DNA of 64,000 nucleotides from Elsinoe ampelina (taxonomy: Eukaryota), in NCBI GenBank assembly GCA_010093995.1, contig ML992509.1:165588-229587 (forward strand), written 5' to 3'. Below are positions 24,701 through 38,577 of this stretch, piece after piece. The translations under genes and the position numbers were made by a program. The notes under the pieces were generated by a model that saw only the letters and a program-made list of their open reading frames with translations, had not been told where the DNA came from and did not search any database. The first letter of the stretch is position 1. Every line of letters starts with the position of its first letter.

Positions 24701-26056
24701 GGCAAGATCTTCATCGTCGATGTCAAGACCGATGTCCTCGCCAAGCATTTGAGCATGACTTCGCTTGCGTGCTTGTTGCGTTGCTTGCGCTGTCCACGAG
24801 AGTAGGCTGGCATTGCCAGCTTCGCTGCCAATGAAGATCTTCTGATCCGGCAGGCTGGTTATAGCTGTTGTGGCAGGTGCCACCACGTGGCCACCATGCG
24901 TTTCATTGACCAAGTGGACGTTGAGGCCAGAGACGGTTCTACCATCGATGCGAAATGATAAGATGGCAAATCTCCCATCATCCAGGACTATCAGGAGATC
25001 TCCAGTGTCGGAGTTCAGGACGTCGATAAATGAATTCTCAAGCCTCATGTTTAGGTAGGATTGATCGGCGATGGAGAAATCGGAACATGCTCTGGCAAAT
25101 TCATTGACGCCGACCGCATTGGTCTTACCAGATTGGTCGATATGAACGAGCTCATTCTGGCCAACGAGAAGCGAGCCACCGATGGGAGGAGCCAGCGGGA
25201 TGACTTTCCAAATGTCGAAGGGAAGGCCTTTGACCGACAGCAAAGTAGTCGACGCCTTTTGCTCCAAGTCTAGAGTGATGACCGAGTAGGACAGGGGGTC
25301 CTTGCGTTCGTCGAGTAGGACTGGCGAAGCATGCCTATTACCGCAAACCACGCCCAATGTGGGTTCTCTGTATTCGTAGAGGAAAGCAATGTCCACTGGG
25401 TGGGTGAGACCAGGGTCCAGCGCGGTCAAAGGTAATACAAATGAAGCCGCATACGGCGTGTTTCGTTGATCTGTTGGTCCGGATTCGCCATTTGTTGTCA
25501 CGCCGTTGCTCTTTCTCTCGTCCAGGAAGTCGTCTTCAATATCAGCGATATCCTCGTCGTGCTGTCGGAAGGGCAAAATGGCGAGATGGCGAGTCGCGAA
25601 TCTGAGGGCGGCGCATCTACTTCTTGGGTCGACCACCAATTTACTGTCGCAATCGATCAAGGGAGGCTCAAATGGCGCAAGGGGGACCTTTCCTCCCTCA
25701 TAGTAGTGTATCGAGATTGTGGAGATGCGATGGCTTTCGGGGTCCCATTCTAGGAGACTGACTTTGGCGTCCTTGAAAGATATCAACAGCGCCTCGCCTC
25801 CAGTCTTCGTGTCTGCAGCTTTAACTTTTGCCAGTGATGTGACGACACCTGCAAGAGGATATTCTCCTATGAGCACAAGCTTGGGACCTGCTGCGTCTTC
25901 ATCTTCGCGATCCCAGGCTGGCCGTGTTTTGACCTCGAAGATTTGGAGTAAAGAGGTCCTCGCGACCACAAGGTTAGTGTGGGCTCGGTTCAGGAAGCGC
26001 AGCGAGATCGCATGCGTTACCGCGGTCGGTGGTAGAAGCTCAGAATAGCACTGCAT
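21778..26056 (-). CDS. CFT1: Cleavage and polyadenylation factor subunit Cft1/CPSF160 (introns 23952..24144, 23626..23676; ~1344 aa)
   Basis: MQCYSELLPPTAVTHA, SFKDAKVSLLEWDP..ISTISIHYYE, DIAFLYEYREPTLG, C-term HPAGLNPRAYR; spliced length is a multiple of 3. Confidence 0.95.
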
Positions 26057-26390
26057 GGCAGCAATGGCATCTTCTTGTTCTCGTTCAGATAGAACCTCAG
26101 AATATGCGATGGAGCTTCAGCAGATCCGCCTCTGGGAGCTCCGACACGTGCAGGAAATGCCAAGGACGCTGCATGACTCGAGCAGCGATGACGTTCAATC
26201 TCAGTAACCTTAAGGTTCACAGTGGCTGTCGAGCTGCATGAGCCTGTGCAGGAAACCTGAAACTGAATCAAGGCATGGGAAAAGACATTCGACCTTGACG
26301 TTCTCGGCCTCGAGGTCATACCATCAACACCGTCGACAAAGGGCGACTCAACAGCAGCTATCTGCGCTGAGCCAGTGCAACATCGACGCC

Positions 26391-28181
26391 ATGGCTCTCA
26401 TTCAGACATCCCTCATCTGGGTGACCTATGCAGTTGCCATCGGCATTCTGCTGGTCATTTCGTCCATCTTCGTCTACCTTTACCAAAAACCAAGAGAGCG
26501 ATCAGCAGTAGTGACTCTGGTATGCATCTTGACCACGCTGTCTCTTCTGGCTACCGTCCTGCTCATGCCGGTTGACATCGCATTGATCTCATCCACGACA
26601 GACCGCAAGCTTGGCCGCAAGAAGGATTGGGCCACTCCGGATGAAGTGGATGACATTCTTCTCCAGCTCAAAATCGTTTATTACACTTTGTACAGCCTGG
26701 ACGCGGTCCTTTGCTTGCTCGTTGTACCTTTCACCTATTTCTGGTACGAGGAGTACGATGAGGTTGATGCGGAGGAGGGCAACCAGAGCACCGCGAGTCG
26801 CCTATGGGGTGCTTTCAAGTACACCATCGTCTTCATCGCGATTGTCCTAATCCTCTTCTTCGTGGGCTTCTTCATCCCTGTGGCGCAAGACAAGGGAGAC
26901 AAGCACTTGGATCTTGACTTCTTCAGAAATCTTTTGCTCAAAAATCATGGAGAGCGAGCGCTCACTTTTGCAATTGGCGTGCTGATCACCGTCGGAACAC
27001 TCTTGTACTGCGTGTATACGGCTCCCGGTCTGGCACTGCTACCCTTGACTCTCATCAAGACCGCTCCTCGGATATCCGCACCAACTCTTGCGGCGAACAC
27101 ATCTTCGGAACTCGCACAGAACCGAGAGCGTCAACGCCAGCTCGAGGCACGCAACGAAGGTCGTGAAGGTGGACTCGATGCTCGTGACCGACGCGAACTT
27201 CAGTCTTTAGTCCGCGAAGAGCGCACCCTCGTCCGTCGTGAGCGTCTCGCGGCTGAAGCCACCGGCGAAGGCCAGCACTGGACCATTATCGTCTGGAACA
27301 AGATCTGCGCCATCTTCCGACCCATCACACTGCTCGGCGGTATCCTCATGATCGCCGTCGTCCTTCTCATCTGGACCTCCATGCTCATCACCTCCATCGA
27401 CAAGATCAAAAACTCCCCCTGCGGCCGCTCCTGCGGCTACCTCCTCGCACACACCAAGATCTTCCAACCCATCAACCGCGTCCTCCTCGAATCCTCCAAA
27501 ATCTTCCCCATCGACTACATCATCTTCCTCCTCCTCACCCTCCTCTTCTTCCTCTCCACCATCATCGGCCTCGCCACCATCGGCATCCGCTTCCTCTGGC
27601 TCACCCTCTTCCGCATCCGCAAAGGCCACACCTCCCCCCAAGCCCTCCTCATGGCCACCGTCCTCCTGACCCTCACCACCCTCGCAACCAACTACGCCCT
27701 CGCCATCATCGTCGCCCCATCCTACTCCACCTTCGGCGCTCAAACCTTCTGCGACCGCCCCTCCAACCCGGACAAAGCCCCAGACTGCACAAACCATCGC
27801 TCCGCCGTCCGTCTCTGCCGCGAAGTCTCAGACCACCCCCTCGCGCGCCAAGCCTGCACCCCGTCGGTGGTGAGCACCTTCCTCAACCGCGCAAGCAGCA
27901 ACTTCCCCTTCTTCGGCCTCGTGGACTTCTGGGCCCAGTTCGCGTTCTTGGGCATCTTCGCGGTCGTCTTCGCGGTGCAGCTGATTCGTACACCAAAGTT
28001 GGACGAGAGGCAGTTGGATGATGATCTGGCGGAGGAGGAAGAGGAGGGGTTGTTGGCGTCTACCGGAAGGAGGCTGGGGGCGAGTTGGCAGGATATCACG
28101 GGGCAGGCCAAGGGGGTGAAGAGGGGTGATTATGGCGCTACTGGGTCGGGGAGTGGTCAGCGGGCGGGAGATGAGGAGTGA
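26391..28181 (+). CDS. LMBR1-family membrane protein (probable lysosomal/vacuolar cobalamin transporter)
   Basis: Multiple TM helices; [47 protein letters not shown]; divergent from CFT1 across ~335 bp. Confidence 0.88.
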   Translation: MALIQTSLIWVTYAVAIGILLVISSIFVYLYQKPRERSAVVTLVCILTTLSLLATVLLMPVDIALISSTTDRKLGRKKDWATPDEVDDILLQLKIVYYTLYSLDAVLCLLVVPFTYFWYEEYDEVDAEEGNQSTASRLWGAFKYTIVFIAIVLILFFVGFFIPVAQDKGDKHLDLDFFRNLLLKNHGERALTFAIGVLITVGTLLYCVYTAPGLALLPLTLIKTAPRISAPTLAANTSSELAQNRERQRQLEARNEGREGGLDARDRRELQSLVREERTLVRRERLAAEATGEGQHWTIIVWNKICAIFRPITLLGGILMIAVVLLIWTSMLITSIDKIKNSPCGRSCGYLLAHTKIFQPINRVLLESSKIFPIDYIIFLLLTLLFFLSTIIGLATIGIRFLWLTLFRIRKGHTSPQALLMATVLLTLTTLATNYALAIIVAPSYSTFGAQTFCDRPSNPDKAPDCTNHRSAVRLCREVSDHPLARQACTPSVVSTFLNRASSNFPFFGLVDFWAQFAFLGIFAVVFAVQLIRTPKLDERQLDDDLAEEEEEGLLASTGRRLGASWQDITGQAKGVKRGDYGATGSGSGQRAGDEE

Positions 28182-28633
28182 GGAGCGGGGTTCTGAAGGT
28201 CGGGAGGAGAAAATGGAGGTGGGAGTGTTTGATACTTTTCTAGCACTTGTTGCGAGTCCTTCCCACTAGTACACATGTATTCAGCACAGCTTCTGTCACG
28301 AGCACGGCACGTGAGTGGGAGATAAGTTGTGGGTGGCTGGCGCATACTCTGCGCCAAGAGGCCGAATCAATCGGCAGCTAAATTCCTTCTATCAAAATGC
28401 ATCTGGTATCTCTGATCCATCCCGTAAAACATTCTGTGATGCTGTCTGCTATGCCGTTCCAACGCCGTGCTTTAATTATAACAATTTCCGAGTTGTGTTG
28501 TACAATCTTTGATCCATGTCGAGTTCTTCACAAAACCCCTTCAATTTACGCTTCATCGCCATTCCTTCCGCTTGTAGTGCAGATCGTGCCGGGCTGTCGT
28601 CCTCCTGCCTTTGTCCAAGCCAATGTGATCCTC

Positions 28634-30737
28634 CTAGGCCGCTGCGATTGCGGGTGCCTGCACATATGCGTCTGCAGGAAGTGTCGCCCTGACTGACGCA
28701 AACGCCTCCAAAGCCTTGTCGAAATTCCACGCCACCTGCTCCAGACAGTCCTTTGCGTAGCCAATAGTCATTCCAGTTTGCTTCTGTAACTCCACCACCA
28801 TCTGTTCCGCCACTTCCATTGTCAGTCCAGCCGGTATCGCGGGTGCTTCGGGCTGATTGTTGTTGTTGTTGTTGTCGTCATCTGGCTCAAATGCCTGAAC
28901 ACCTCCATATGCGCGTATCGTGAGCATATCGTTCACGACGCGGACGCCGCTTGGTCCTCCAGGCCCGATGATGAAAGTCCGGTCAAAGCTGCGCTTCTTC
29001 TTTGCCTGACCACTGACAGTGTCGATTTCGTCGAATTCGCCATGGATGGTTATGAGGAAGCCATCCACGCCGCCAGTAGATTGTCCAGTGGGATCAGGGA
29101 GTCCAGGTTGCAGTTGACATTCAATCAGCCATTTCTTGGCGTCCGCAGCGAGATCAGGATGGCGAGTCATTGGGAGCAATTGCCAATTCTGTATGACCGA
29201 CTCAACGCCTTTGCTGAGGCGGGCTTGACGCGCGGGGAGATGGTTCATCCGCTTGAGGTTTCGACTGCGTTTGATGTATGCCTCCCATTCTTGTGACCCG
29301 ATCTGCTCTGTGGCGTTGGGATCGCGAGGTGCTTGGGTGTTGATAGAGTAGGAGAAGTCTGATTTGTCGTCGTAGTAGAGTCGTGCGAGAGCGGCGCGAT
29401 CTGTGTCGTAGCCGGTGAAAAATGTGCGAACAAAATTCTCAGCAATCTGCCCTTCGTCTTGGAATACGGGCGATCTAATCGGGAAAGGTAGCGGTGGCGT
29501 TGCGGTGGAGTTTGCTGCTTCCTCATCTGTGCGGACTTGGATGCTGTTGAACATGCGCAGCTTCTTATACCATCCAACAATAGTCTTGGCGAGCTCTGGC
29601 ACGTTCTGCTCGATCGGATTTCCTGATATGACAAGGTGATCCAGATGCGGGAATTTCCTTCTCCAATTGTCGATGTCTTCAATTTTGGAGAACTGGTTGT
29701 TGGAGAGATCCAGATTGCGGAGAGCCGGGAGAGTGACTGCCAGAGTTGTGACAGTGCTCAGATTTGGTAGATCGTTGTTGGCCAAGGACACGCTTTGAAT
29801 AGCTTCATTCTTCTGCGCTGTCGTTTCGAATTGCTTGTCGAGGACTTTCATCATTGCAGGGAAGAATTTGCTGGTCGTTGAGCGAGAATCGAAGATTGCC
29901 GATGCTTTGAGGTCGTTGTCCTGTCCAAGTGCGCTGAGGTCCAGAAGCTTTAGCTCGGGGTTGTAACGGCGTTCCAGAACCTGCCTGAGCATGTCGATTG
30001 TCTTCTTGGTGTCCTCCGAGGTCCCCTCAGATTCCTTGATGGTGATCTTATTTCCTGCCCATTCAAATTGGTCCAGGCGTAGTACAGTATCCAGTTGCGC
30101 TTCCGGGACACTCAGAATCAGTGTTTTGTCTTCGTCGATGCGGACCTACGCAGCGTTAGTTTCCCAGCTAGGCTCATGAGAGCCATCAACCATGGGCGAA
30201 AACTCCAAGTCGTTGTATCCCGGTCGTCGTTCTGATGTTCACTGCAGATAAAGGCGGACCGGTATGGACATGACGAAATAAAGAACTCGTGGTCGACGGT
30301 TGTTGACATACCTTCCTGAGTTTGACAGGTCGTTTCGATGCGTTGCGTTGTGTTGCCTTCTTCTCCAACCAGATGATGAGTGCCGATACTCCACCATCAG
30401 TTCCCGACGATGCTTTGCTGTCCGGCCATCCAGTGACCTTTATCTCCACAGGTCTGATTGTGGTTGTTCCACGTCCTTTGACCGCGATCGCGCCTGACGA
30501 CACATGTCTTGATATTTCTGCCTTCATTCGTCCAGCTGGAAGTCCAGAACGTGTCTTGCGTGAGGTGACATCGCCAGCCGGACCGGTGGGTACTTTTGAT
30601 TTTGAGATTCCTCCGCGAGCTTTTGTAGATCCATCCATAGCCACATCGCCGTCCTTGTCAGCTCTGAGGCCTGCCCTTCGTTTTGCGATGGCGCCACCCC
30701 GAGCGGCTCTGGTCGCGGTCTGTTTGCGTGCAACCAT
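28634..30737 (-). CDS. MEX67: mRNA export factor Mex67 (intron 30146..30311; ~645 aa)
   Basis: LRR region (RRYNPELKLLDLSAL, LRNLDLSNN), NTF2-like domain (YIKRSRNL, LITIHGEF, RSFDRTFI), C-terminal UBA/TAP-C (TGMTIGYAKDCLEQVAWNFDKALEAF). Confidence 0.93.
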
Positions 30738-31477
30738 AGCTGATCGTTAGGCTGCCACGCAGCGTGGTCTTTGTGAGAGGTAGAAAGTTGTGAGAATGGC
30801 GAGGGTTGGGTGTTTGAGGTTATAGTTGTCGAGGTTCGCTCTTGGGCTCAGAACCGTTCGAAGCCAGCTGAGGGTATCGAGGCGCTTGTATGTGATTTGG
30901 TAGGTATGTTGTGGTGTATGGTTTGGAGTGAAGGTGGGACAACGGAAGTGTGGTACAAAGAGGGAGCAAAGGAAAAGGAAGTAACCATGACTCAGAGCCA
31001 ATTGAGAACATGACTCGTGTCCTTTTGGAGCTGACTCAGCAGATTTGAGGCAGCCACAGGCATCAACCTTGAATCTGTAAAACGCCATCTTTGCTTGCGA
31101 CAAATGACATACAGCTCGGCCCGGCCTATTTCACTCTCCTTGGCCCATGTGACCCTGGTCTCATATGTACAGTCTCATGTCAACAAAATCGATCTGACGC
31201 ATGCACTTTTATGATATCATGTCGGCGACGCAGACTCATGGTCTATGCCATGTTCAGCGGCGGTTCATGATGCACAAGATTAGTAGGCCGCGGCTTAGAG
31301 CCATGATACTGATCGGTCGCTGAAGCTTCGTCTTGACTCGGCCTTGACTGCGGAATGCCATTGAACGGGATGCACGCCGTGGAATGTGGGACGAAATTAG
31401 CACAAACATCACACACGCGGCGCGTCTTGAAGGTATAGTCGAGCTTGTAAGTCTATTCTCATCTTCTACAGCACATC

Positions 31478-34400
31478 ATGAAGATGCGAATGAGGACCGA
31501 CTCCCTGCTGCTTCGGCAAATCACACTCTCTTATTTGCTGTTGTCGACATCAGCTCAGAGCGTCTCTGGTGCCACTCACTTTGTAGGGTACGGACTTCCA
31601 GGCGGAAAGTATGAGCTCATCGACAACTATGCGCCTTCCATATTCCTCCAGAAATTCAATTACTACAGTGTAGGTCGAGATTCAATCCCAAAGGACAGTC
31701 ATTAACGAGTGCTAGGGGCCGGATCCGACTTATGGCCATGTACAGTATGTCCCTGAGGCAGTAGCGGTGCAAAATGGATACTCAACAACCAATCCGAACA
31801 ATGTCGTCCTCAGTGTGGACACGACCAACCGATTCCCTCGAGGTGGACCCGGCAGGCCAAGTGTCAGGTTGATCAGCGACAACACTTACACGCATGGTCT
31901 TTTTATACTCGATGCGGCGCACATGCCTTGGGGATGTGGTACCTGGCCAGCTTTCTGGCTGCTGGGTCCGAATTGGCCGTACAATGGCGAAGTTGGTATG
32001 TGAAGTTTAATGCAATAGAATTGTCGATGTGCTCATCAGTGCGTAGATATCATCGAGGGCGTACATACGTCAAACGACAACTCTATGTCACTCCATACCA
32101 GCGCAGGGTGCACCATCGCTGGCTCAGGAGCTACTGGCACCTTTCAGACATCCAACTGTGATCAAGCCGCCAACGGCAACACTGGATGCGGCTTCCGTGC
32201 CAACAGGGCGAACAACCCGAACAATTTTGGAGATGAATTCAACAGCAATGGAGGGGGTATGTATGTGACGGAGTGGACATCCAATTATATCCAGATCTGG
32301 TTCTTTCCCAGGAACAGAATCCCCACCAGCATCTCACAAGGTGCCCCAAACATCACCGAATTCGGGCAACCGACAGCATTGTTCCAGGGCTGCAACATTG
32401 ACCGGTATTTCAACAACCACAGCATGGTCATAAATACCGACTTCTGTGGAAGCTGGGCTGGCAACGTCTACAATCAATTCCCAAATTGCCCACAGAATCC
32501 TAGCATAAGCGGCTGGGACGCCTGCGTTGACTATGTCGGGAACAACCCGCAAGCCTTCCAAGATGCGTACTGGCAGATCAACTCGATCCAGGTCTATCAG
32601 ATGTCTAGGTTGCAATCGTCTTCCTCGGTTGTACCTTCGAGCACACTGCAATCATCTGCCGCACAAAGCACGGTTTTCAACACAGTTTCGAACACGGTTC
32701 CACAAGGTATGGGGAGACCCACGACCGACCAGACTGTCTCAAGCTCGCTCTCGTACACAGGACCACTATCATCGCCACCCGTTGCGACATCGACCACTGC
32801 ACCTTCAGAAGAAATATGTCCGACTTATGACTTTGAATTCCTCTATACAAGATCGGGGACTTCTTATCAGGCGCACTGTAACCAGGATTTTGCCACGACA
32901 ACAATTTCCAGTCAGGACGTGTCCAGCTTCCGGTTGTGCCTCGAATACTGCGAGACAGTTATTGGATGTGGTGGCGTTGCGTACCTTGGCAGCAATGGAG
33001 CAGGCACTTGCTACACACGGACCGAAGGAAGCTATCTGGGTTATGACGAACTTGTTTTCAATACTTCTATCACCAGTGGTGTCCGTCAGTATGGTGCGGT
33101 CGTGACCGTTGTTCCATCAGATGCAGTCTCAACGACAACTTCGATCGCGACAACCTCTTCCGGTTCATCTTCTCTGCTTCCGTCAACTTCGGCCTCCACC
33201 ACGGATGCAGACACAACTTCAACGAACATCGCAGATGCCATCTCCACGACGCAATCAAGTACTGCAACGCCATCCGCGTCTTTCTTACCAGGCTCCCAAG
33301 GAGGCTGCCCCCGGGCAAACAATACCATCATGATGAGTGAGAATGAGATTGAGTACAACATCTACTGCGGAGCGGACACCGATGTTCCCACCCTTGTTGG
33401 GACCGAAGTGGAAGGCAATTACATGGCTTGCTTCAACTTGTGTGACATCACTCCTGGCTGCGCGGGATTCACCTTCGTGGGTAATAATTTCGGGACTTGC
33501 TACCTCAAAGGCGATGCTGGTCAGGTCCGCTTTGGAGCCGACAACAATTTCGTCGTCGGCATCAAGGTGCCTGGTACTGCCTCAAGTTACAGCTTACCAC
33601 CTACACTGGCGCCATCAACAACCTCGGCGAGTTCGACACTACAGACAACGTTGGATCTGACTTCAACGGCGTTTTCCAGTTCATCTTCGGTATCGTCCGA
33701 AAGCAGCTCACAGCCGTCGATCAGCACAAGATCATCATCAGTCCTCGTGACAGCATCTAGCAGCACAGTCCCGACAAGCGCGACCTCAAGTTCAGCTTCG
33801 GCAAGTCCAAGCGTCAATCCCATTTGTGGTACCGGCTACACCGATCCTCTTGGTGCCCAATACGAAGTCCGTTGCGGGCTTGACAATGGTGCTCCAGCTT
33901 TCCAGACCAGGTCCGTCCCCGATGGCGACTTCACAAGCTGCTTCGGTCTCTGTAGCAACGCAAGAGGCTGTGTGGGCTTCACCTTTGTTGCCTCGGAGGA
34001 TGGCCGATCCGGTAATTGTTACCTGAAAGCACAATATGGAGAATACTACGGATACAATCCCCGAGTGACGAGCGCGTTTATCGTCCAAACAGGTTCGACG
34101 ACTACATCTTCATCTTCTAGCAAAATTGGGCCGTCGTCTTCGTCCTCCTCGTCGTCACAGGCAGTGGCGTCATCGCCCGTTCCGGATGCTGGGACTTGCC
34201 CTGCAACTACGAATGAGCTATGTCCAAGCCAAGGCCAGACAACCAGATGCTCTAGTCCTGCAGGTGCGTCTTACGAATTCAGTTGTGGCTATGCTTTTCA
34301 GGGCACGGTCATCAACACTGACGATGTTATCATCTACAAGAGGGCACAACAAGAGAAGAGAGCGATTGTTCCGACTTATCAGGACTGCACCAATCTCTGC

Positions 34401-36569
34401 GATAGGTACACTTCGTGTGTGGCTTTCAATTATGAAGCAAGCACCAGAAACTGTACATTGCTTAGCTCCGTCACTGGTGCGACACCTCGAGACGGCAGCA
34501 TTGGGGGTGCGTACGTGCAGGCTCCATCCACGGCGTCAAGTCGTGGCTACATCGCACCAAGCACGTTCTCGGAGTATCCATCCGGAGCGGCCAGCACTTC
34601 CAGCCCGTCCAGTAGCGCAGGGCCAAGGACCGGCACAGAGCTCACCTCGTATGGACCTGTGGTGCCGACCACGCAGACTGGGCTTAGCGAGGCTGTCATC
34701 ACGACCACTGAGTTTTCATCAAGAGAGACCGTGACGAGCAGTAAGTATATATGTCGGATGGTTGTACTTCCTTGCTAATGCAACTTAGCTCTTGCTTCGG
34801 ATGCCACAATCACTACTGCAGTGACTATCACCTCTACCATTTCAGGTGGATTCCCCACATCATTTACATCCTCCAGTACCAGCGATGTATCTATTCCGTA
34901 TGGGTCCGGTTCGCTCTGCTTCACCTGTGGTCTTACTCCTACTGTCATCACCACGCCGCAGACGTACACCGTACGACCTACGCTGGGATTCTGCACTTCG
35001 CGTCCCCGCATCGGCACTACGACGGTCTTCACCACAGCCACCATCACGACTTGCAATACCCCGTTGACATGTCCAAAACGAACGACGAATCCTTTCGAGA
35101 CGCCTACTCGTACTGGTGGTGGAGGAGCTGGTATGCCTGCAGGCGGTGTCATCACCCCTCGCCCATCGTCCGGTGGAGGTGGTGGAGGGTCATCCCCTCC
35201 GATCGATGGTGGTCTTGGAGGAGGGAATGGCGACTACGGCTCCGGTAACAGCACTCCTCCAGTATGTCCTGGCTCTGACCGCATCGTCTTCACCAGCTCG
35301 CTCGGTCAATTGTACCAGGTCACATGCGGGACGTACAATTCTGCAGGCACTGTCAGCACGACCAATACCTCTTCGCTTGCTGGCTGCATCGACGCTTGTG
35401 ACAGCTACAACATCGGCTACTTCCTCAGCCCGTCAATATGTAAAGCCATCTCATACTTCCCGGGCCTCAATGCTCAGAATTGTGAGCTCAAAGGTGGCTT
35501 GGAAGGTACACCTCGTCAAGGTGTAGACTCTGCCGTTCTCATCACACCTGGACAAGGCTCCAACAACGATACGATTGGAGGCGGTGGTGGAGGTGGAGGC
35601 TACGGTCCCGGTGCTACTATTACAGCACCTGGTGCGACAATCACGGCTCCAGGGTCCGGCCCGGGAACAGGTCCAGGTACAGGCCCAGGCACAGGTCCTG
35701 GTACTGGCCCCGGTACTGGACCTGGCACTGGACCTGGCACTGGACCTGGCACTGGACCCGGCACTGGCCCTGGAACAGGCCCCGGAACCGGGCCCGGCCC
35801 AACCCAAACCGTCACGACAACCACCACCACCATCCTCTTCGGGACCGTCACCACCACCGGCCCAGGCGGCACCACCACCTTTTCCACCTACGCCATCACC
35901 ACCATCTACGCTCCAGGCACAGGCCCCGGCACTGGCCCCGGCACTGGCCCCGGCACCGGTCCCGGCACCGGTCCCGGCACAGGCATCCAAGGCACCCAAA
36001 CCATCATCTCCAACGGCATCACGGTACTCAGCACCTACGCCGCCATCCCCAGCACAGTCTACGGCACCACAACCGTAGTCTCAACCTACACCTCCAACGG
36101 CCAAACCTACCAATCCACGTACGGCGTCAGCACCGTCGTCTCGGTGGTCTACGTCCCCGGCCCCACGCAAACCGTCACCACCACGACCGCCACCACGGCC
36201 GTCTCCACCACCACGACGGTGAGCGTGCGCGTCACCACCGCGCCGGGAGGGACCGGCACGCGCACCGAGACGCTGACTGTCGGTGGCGGAGGGACGGGCG
36301 GGACGGGAGGCGGGACCGTGACGGTCACCGCGGGCACGGGAGGGGGTGGTACCGCGACGACGACGCTGGTCACGACCGTGTATGCTAGTCCGACGAGGAG
36401 TAGTAGTACGTTTAGCTGTAGGAGCACGAGCACGAATTACTTGAGTCGGAGCGTGAGTCCGCAGGTGACGTATGTGAGGAAGAGAGGGGTGTTGGGGGAT
36501 GAGGGGGTGGGGAGGAGGGTGCTTGGGGTGGGACTGGTGGGGGTGGGGGGGAGTGTGTTGGAGGGGTAG
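31478..36569 (+). CDS. Large GH16 beta-glucanase with five Cys-rich PAN/apple-like modules and Ser/Thr/Gly-Pro-rich regions (introns 31670..31715, 31996..32046, 34741..34788; ~1648 aa)
   Basis: GPDPTYGHVQYV, GRPSVRLIS, HMPWGCGTWPAFW, catalytic WPYNGEVDIIEG across intron 2, INTDFCGSWAG; spliced length divisible by 3. Confidence 0.85.
35651..35985 (+). repeat. Coding 12-bp minisatellite encoding (GPGT)n in two blocks
   Basis: GG(C/A/T)CC(C/T/A)GG(C/T/A)AC units; translation PGTGPGTGPGTG in ORF 34821..36569. Confidence 0.9.
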
Positions 36570-36787
36570 AGGGGGGATGACAGGGGTTGTGAGGGGGTGG
36601 GGGGAGGACAGGAAGGGTTGGAAGAGACAGAAGGAAGGGTGAAGGAGAAGAAAGGGCGTTCGCTTCGTTTATGCGGTGCTAGGGTAGGTAGTTGTAATTG
36701 AATCGATTTGCTTGTAGTTCCTCGAAAAACCCGACCACCCCGTCGAAATACGGGATCGACTCCACCGCAGCCTGCTCGCTCGCCACA

Positions 36788-38577
36788 TCATGTATCGGGA
36801 ATAGGCAGCGGCTCTTTCGACCACGACCCGCCGATTGTATCTCTCCTGAAACACATGATATCATTCCCCACGACCTGCGCAAACACCGTGAGGTCACTGC
36901 CGCGGCTCTGCGTCGAGATTGTGGTGACGGACAAGTGTGTACCATTGAGGACCTCATCGCCGCCCTGATTGACGCCGACGGTCAAGCTGCGGTACTCGCC
37001 CGAGCCTTCACCGTTGACAATGCTGGTCTTCTCGACTGCCCAGCTGATGTTGTGGCCTTGGAGACGACCGTCTGCGCGCTGAGTGAACAGGAAGTTTGTG
37101 TAGCCCATCGAGCTAGAAGGGTGGAGATCGCGGATGTATGGGTAGAATTGCGCTACAGTATTCAGTGGGGCTCGGTAAGAATGAGGTGATGACCGTACCT
37201 TGCGCCCATTCATTGACAGGGTGGTCAGCGGTTTTGGCAGTGACATTCGCGTCCCGCCACCAGATGCCGAGATCGTTCACTTCGTCGGCGAGCATGGAAT
37301 AGCCCACTGTGCCTGGGCCCCATGTGTAGCATGCAACGCCTGCGTGGCCATTGGAACCCGGGAGAATGTCCGTGTACTTCCAATTGCCACGGCCCGGAGC
37401 TGCCAGTTGCCAGCGGTATTCTTGAAAAGTCGAATTATCTTTCGCGTACCATAGTGAAATGCCGACAGTAGGTTCGTCGGCGGACTGTGATCTTGTGTCG
37501 ACGTAGTTGCTACCATACCAGCAGGCTTGTAGACCAACATGGTCACCGTCGAAGGCTTGGAGGCGCTCCGCCGTCAGTGAACCATCTCGCCACTCGCGTG
37601 TAGTATTGGTCCCTATCTTCTCGCGGATAATGTTGTCACGCCCGATATAGAAGACGTGCCACTGTTATGCGTCAGTAGTGTTGAGGAGACATACAGCAAG
37701 ACTGACCGTCGCTGTCTGATTGACAACGTACGAAACCGCGCTGATGGGTGTACTATTCCTAGCATCGGCCGCGACTTTTGAATCGCCTTGTTGCCAGCTA
37801 TCGTCAGGTTGCAGTACCAAGGTACGGATCTCTCCCGTGTGATATTGATAGTACAAGACCATGTTACCATATACCGACGGGTCACCAAAGCCTTGATTCG
37901 CAACAGCGATGCCAGAACCATTCCACGCCCCAGAAGTGGAGTAGTAGGCTGGGTTCAGTGCGCCGCCAATGAGATAGTCAGAACTGCCGAGATCGCCATT
38001 CTTCACAGGAGTGGTGGGCGGTCGTGTTGAATCCGATGAATTGCCCGTTGACGGTGGGCTGCTGTTGCTGTCCTCACCCTTCTTGAGGCCGATACCAAGT
38101 CCAGCTCCGAGTGCTGCACCGAGCACGATGACGATGCAGATGACACCAAGTATGATCCAGAGCTTCCGTTTGCTGTTAGTCGGTGACGGTTCAGCAGGCT
38201 CTATGTGGTCATTTGCAGTCATATGATCATGGTGGACATTGCTGTAACGAGGGAGAGCCTCTTTGCCGGTATTGGTTGCCCAGGCCCAACCCGGTTGTGG
38301 TGAGAATTCGGGAGCCACGGGGCTCTTGTCGTTCAAGGATGGACTCTGGTATGATGTTGGAGATCGTGAACCATCTTCCGGCACACTAGTCGAGTGGTCA
38401 TCAGAGTGGCCAGTCTGGTTAGGTGGTGCAAGATGTTCCGGGTACGAGGTATCGTGTCCCAGACTGGTGGGATATTCATCGCTGAGCCAAGTCAACATCC
38501 CGACTTCTTGCACCTCGTGACATAGCATACCTCTGTACAGCAGCCCTTGATGATAGTTGCGATGCCTGATCGGTCAT
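36788..38577 (-). CDS. Single-pass membrane protein with fungal fucose-specific-lectin-like beta-propeller (introns 38482..38530, 37662..37706, 37153..37198; ~549 aa)
   Basis: KRKLWIILGVICIVIVLGAALGAGLGIGL TM; LYYQYHTGEIR, ARNSTPISAVSY, WHVFYIGRDNIIRE, GTHLSVTT, VFAQVVGNDI; all three introns restore frame. Confidence 0.65.

Noticed and set aside
28857..28874. (TTG)n microsatellite
   Set aside because: Simply encodes the poly-Asn linker of Mex67
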